This document shows, piece after piece, positions 23,368 through 26,336 of a stretch of 26,336 nt of DNA. The stretch's first letter is position 1. Every line of letters begins with the position of its first letter. The position numbers and the translations under genes are program-made. The stretch covers positions 1 through 26,336 of the IMG/VR virus record IMGVR_UViG_3300048109_000311. One strand, 5' to 3'. The notes beneath the pieces were generated by a model. It made no database searches and had not been told where the DNA came from. It saw nothing but the letters and a program-made list of their open reading frames with translations. Source of the DNA: a virus. Lineage: Duplodnaviria > Caudoviricetes.

Positions 23368-26336
23368 ATGGCAGTTCTTGATATTGAAGTAAAAACCAAA
23401 GGAGCAACTACTGCTACAAGAGAAATTAAATCCTTAGATGAAAAGCTTAATAAAGCATCTGCTAAAGTAAAATCTTTAGAAAATGTAGGTCAAGACTTAG
23501 AAAAACAACTATCAAGACTAAGTAAAGCATCTAAAACATACGAATCTGATAAAAAGAATCTAACTAAAGCATTAAATAATAATATAAAGAAAATCCAAAA
23601 TGCAAGAATAAGTTACAGAAACACAAGAGTTGAATTAGATTCATACAAAGACACTCTAAGAGATACTTCAAATAATACATTAGACTATTCAAAAGCATTA
23701 AAAGGTTTAATTGCTGTTTATGGTGTATTAAAATTAAAAGATTTTACTTTAGATATTATAAATGCTGGTAGAGAATTTGAAAGTTTAACAGTTTCACTTA
23801 ATGCTGCAACGGGTGGCTTTGTTCAGGGAGCGCAAGCCTTTGACTTCCTAAGAGAAACTACAAGCAGACTTGGTACAGACTTAGTATCATCCATTAAAGG
23901 ATTTAAAGAACTTTCAGCAAGTGCAAAAGGTACTGGAATAGATGCTAAAGCTACACAAGATATATTCACAGCAGTAGCAGAAGCTTCAAGCGTTATGCAG
24001 TTATCTGTAGATGACACAAACGGAACCTTTAGAGCCTTATCTCAAATTATGTCTAAAGGTACAGTCCAAGCTGAGGAGCTAAGAGGTCAATTAGGAGAAA
24101 GAATACCAGGGGCTTTTCAAATTGCATCAAGGGCTATGGGAGTTACTACACAAGAACTAGGTAAGATGCTAGAGCAGGGTCAAGTAATCTCTGATGAATT
24201 CTTGCCTAAATTTGCAGAGGAATTAAAAAGAACCTTCTCAAAAGATGTTGAAAATTCAAGCAAGACTTTGACAGCTTCAATAAACAGATTTAATAATGAA
24301 CTTTCTTTAACATCCACAGCAATAGCAGAAAGTGGGCTTAACGAATTAGCTCAAATATTTACAGATGTAGGAACATCATTTTTAGACACCATAAGAAAAT
24401 TTGTAAATGCTCAAAAATCAGTAAGCCAACTGAAAACCATTAAGGATCTAGAAGAGCGGTTAGAAGGATTAAATAAACAGCAAGAACAATATAATAATTT
24501 AGTTAAGACTCAGCCAAGATTATCTGCTGTATATAACGGTTACCTATCAAGAGTTGGAGAAACTATTTTTGCAGTAAAAAACAAGCTTAAGCTTTTAAAT
24601 GCAGAACTTGAAGAATCTAATAAAAAAGCTAATGGAAGTGGCTTTAACGAAGTTTCAAAAACACTATTAAATCTTATAAACCCCATTGATGCAATTAATG
24701 TCAAATATACAGAATACAGAGAGCAGTTAAAGGGTACAGCATACGATACAGAGCAATATATTAAAGTTCTTGAAACTTTAAAGGCTAAAGAAATTGAAGC
24801 TTTAGATCCTATCTCAAATAGTGAAGCAAGGAAGGCATTGCAGAAAAAAAATGCCTTATCTAAAATAGAAACACCCATAGAAAAAGTGATATCTAAGTAT
24901 GAAGATTTAATTAAAACATTTGATAAGCTAGGTATATCTAGTGATAAAAACTTAGGAAAAATCGCAGATTCATTAATCAATGATTTAAGTAAGCTTGGCA
25001 AGAATCAGAAAATCGAATTTGATATTAAGATCAATGGAATAAGCGAAGCCAAAGGGCATTTATCAAAAGTCATAGGTACCCTTGATGACATGCAAAAAAA
25101 TCAAAATAAATATAATAAATTTCTAAAGCAAACAGGGAATACAGAAAAAGAACTCGCAGAAGCAAAAGCATTATATGGAGAAAATCAAATAAACGGCATA
25201 CAGAGTCTTGCTTCTGCGTCAAAGACTTTTTTTGATGAAGAGTCAACTGCTTATATGACTCTAATGGCACTTGAAACTGCTTTAAGTGTTCAAAAAGGAT
25301 TGACAGCTATTGCAAATGCCATGGCAAAAGGTGACGGGTACACAGCTGTAGCGAGAGGTTTAGCTGTGGCGTCTTCCTTAAACTCCTTTGGTATAGCTCT
25401 AAGTGGTGGTGGTGCTTCAAGCCCTGAGAGTCAGGCAAGACAGGAATATGATAATTTTTCAGATGCAGTTGATAAAATGGTAGATGCCTTAGAAGAATTC
25501 GGAAACCAAGGAACTGCAACAGCTACAGTACTTGAATCAAATCTTGCAAAAATAGCTTCCTTAGAATCTAAAAGAGATGATGTTTCAGATTTAGGAATAT
25601 ATACTTCATTTGGTATTGAAAGTAATTCCTTTGGTGGTATAGGTTGGGATGGACATACTGGTTACTCAAGTACAGGAAACACAGAACAGGAAGTAATAGA
25701 TAATATAACTGAAAAATATAAACAAGATATAAACAAAAAAATAAACTATGAAATTCAATTATATAGAGGTGCTATATCCAACGAGCTAAGGGAAATCATA
25801 GCAGAAGATATTGACTATTCATTAGTATCAGAAGATTATATTTTAGCTCAAACGGGATTATCAGATTTTACAGATTTTAGTAATCAATTTACTTCAATGC
25901 AAGAGGGCTTGAGTCAAATCGGTTTAAAAGTAAAAGAAATGTCAAGAAATTTCGCAAGTACATCTGAAATAAACAGTTATCTAAATAATGGAAAAGTTTT
26001 GATTGAAGGTATCGGTTCATTAAGTGCAGTTGATATCTACACGTCTGATATTTATAAGGCTGGGATAGATTATGAAGAAGCAATTGAAAATATTAACGAA
26101 CTAAGAGAAGAGGAGATGCAAACATTAGCAGACTTGGCAGAAGCAACAAAAGTAGCGGACAAAAGTATTCAAGATACAATCAATAGCATACTAGGTCTTA
26201 GTGGTGCTTATGATGATGACACAGAGTTTAAAAGATTAAGCGAATTTAATCGACTTATTGCAGAATACGGAAGCACAACGGGAGAGGATAAAGCAGATGT
26301 ACTAGATGATATTCTTAGTTTGAGTACAATATTAAG
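23368..26336 (+). CDS. tail tape measure protein (truncated by window end; absent from ORF track)
   Basis: MAVLDIEVKTKG...; tape-measure domain ALSQIMSKGTVQAEELRGQLGERIPGAFQIASRAMGVTTQELGKMLEQG; no stop seen in the parts of the frame read. Confidence 0.93.
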   Translation, partial: MAVLDIEVKTKGATTATREIKSLDEKLNKASAKVKSLENVGQDLEKQLSRLSKASKTYESDKKNLTKALNNNIKKIQNARISYRNTRVELDSYKDTLRDTSNNTLDYSKALKGLIAVYGVLKLKDFTLDIINAGREFESLTVSLNAATGGFVQGAQAFDFLRETTSRLGTDLVSSIKGFKELSASAKGTGIDAKATQDIFTAVAEASSVMQLSVDDTNGTFRALSQIMSKGTVQAEELRGQLGERIPGAFQIASRAMGVTTQELGKMLEQGQVISDEFLPKFAEELKRTFSKDVENSSKTLTASINRFNNELSLTSTAIAESGLNELAQIFTDVGTSFLDTIRKFVNAQKSVSQLKTIKDLEERLEGLNKQQEQYNNLVKTQPRLSAVYNGYLSRVGETIFAVKNKLKLLNAELEESNKKANGSGFNEVSKTLLNLINPIDAINVKYTEYREQLKGTAYDTEQYIKVLETLKAKEIEALDPISNSEARKALQKKNALSKIETPIEKVISKYEDLIKTFDKLGISSDKNLGKIADSLINDLSKLGKNQKIEFDIKINGISEAKGHLSKVIGTLDDMQKNQNKYNKFLKQTGNTEKELAEAKALYGENQINGIQSLASASKTFFDEESTAYMTLMALETALSVQKGLTAIANAMAKGDGYTAVARGLAVASSLNSFGIALSGGGASSPESQARQEYDNFSDAVDKMVDALEEFGNQGTATATVLESNLAKIASLESKRDDVSDLGIYTSFGIESNSFGGIGWDGHTGYSSTGNTEQEVIDNITEKYKQDINKKINYEIQLYRGAISNELREIIAEDIDYSLVSEDYILAQTGLSDFTDFSNQFTSMQEGLSQIGLKVKEMSRNFASTSEINSYLNNGKVLIEGIGSLSAVDIYTSDIYKAGIDYEEAIENINELREEEMQTLADLAEATKVADKSIQDTINSILGLSGAYDDDTEFKRLSEFNRLIAEYGSTTGEDKADVLDDILSLSTIL

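Noticed and set aside
23823-26083. Five minus-strand ORFs
   Set aside because: All lie antisense within the tape measure gene.
1-26336. Stop-codon reassignment
   Set aside because: Long conserved genes are intact in the standard code, and TAA, TAG and TGA all end genes.

Overview
A very AT-rich segment of a tailed dsDNA phage (siphovirus-type). The host is probably a Campylobacterota member (Arcobacter/Sulfurimonas-like). That is inferred from the SSB C-terminus IDIDEDEIPF, AAGGA ribosome-binding sites and TGnTATAAT promoters without a canonical -35. Positions 1-7.8 kb hold an early/accessory region: MazG-like, SSB, many small ORFs, HTH proteins, Ea22-like, DUF1353 and ASCH-like genes, separated by mosaic repeated promoter elements. 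Positions 7.9-26.3 kb hold ParB-like + adenine methyltransferase, TerS/TerL, portal, gp7-like, scaffold, capsid, neck, tail tube, a -1 frameshifted tail chaperone and a tape-measure gene running off the window end. Three antisense gene islands interrupt the structural module. The most notable unexplained structures are: (i) five structural-gene promoters sharing a TGTTAC-N5-GTAACA-like box exactly 25 bp upstream of TATAAT; (ii) a tandem duplication of that promoter bracketing a ~85-nt hairpin-rich, terminator-ended non-coding unit (candidate late sRNA); (iii) a clean 10+10 bp H-type pseudoknot, with an alternative pairing to the SD, between the tail tube and tail chaperone genes. All family assignments are from motif recognition and synteny, not database searches.
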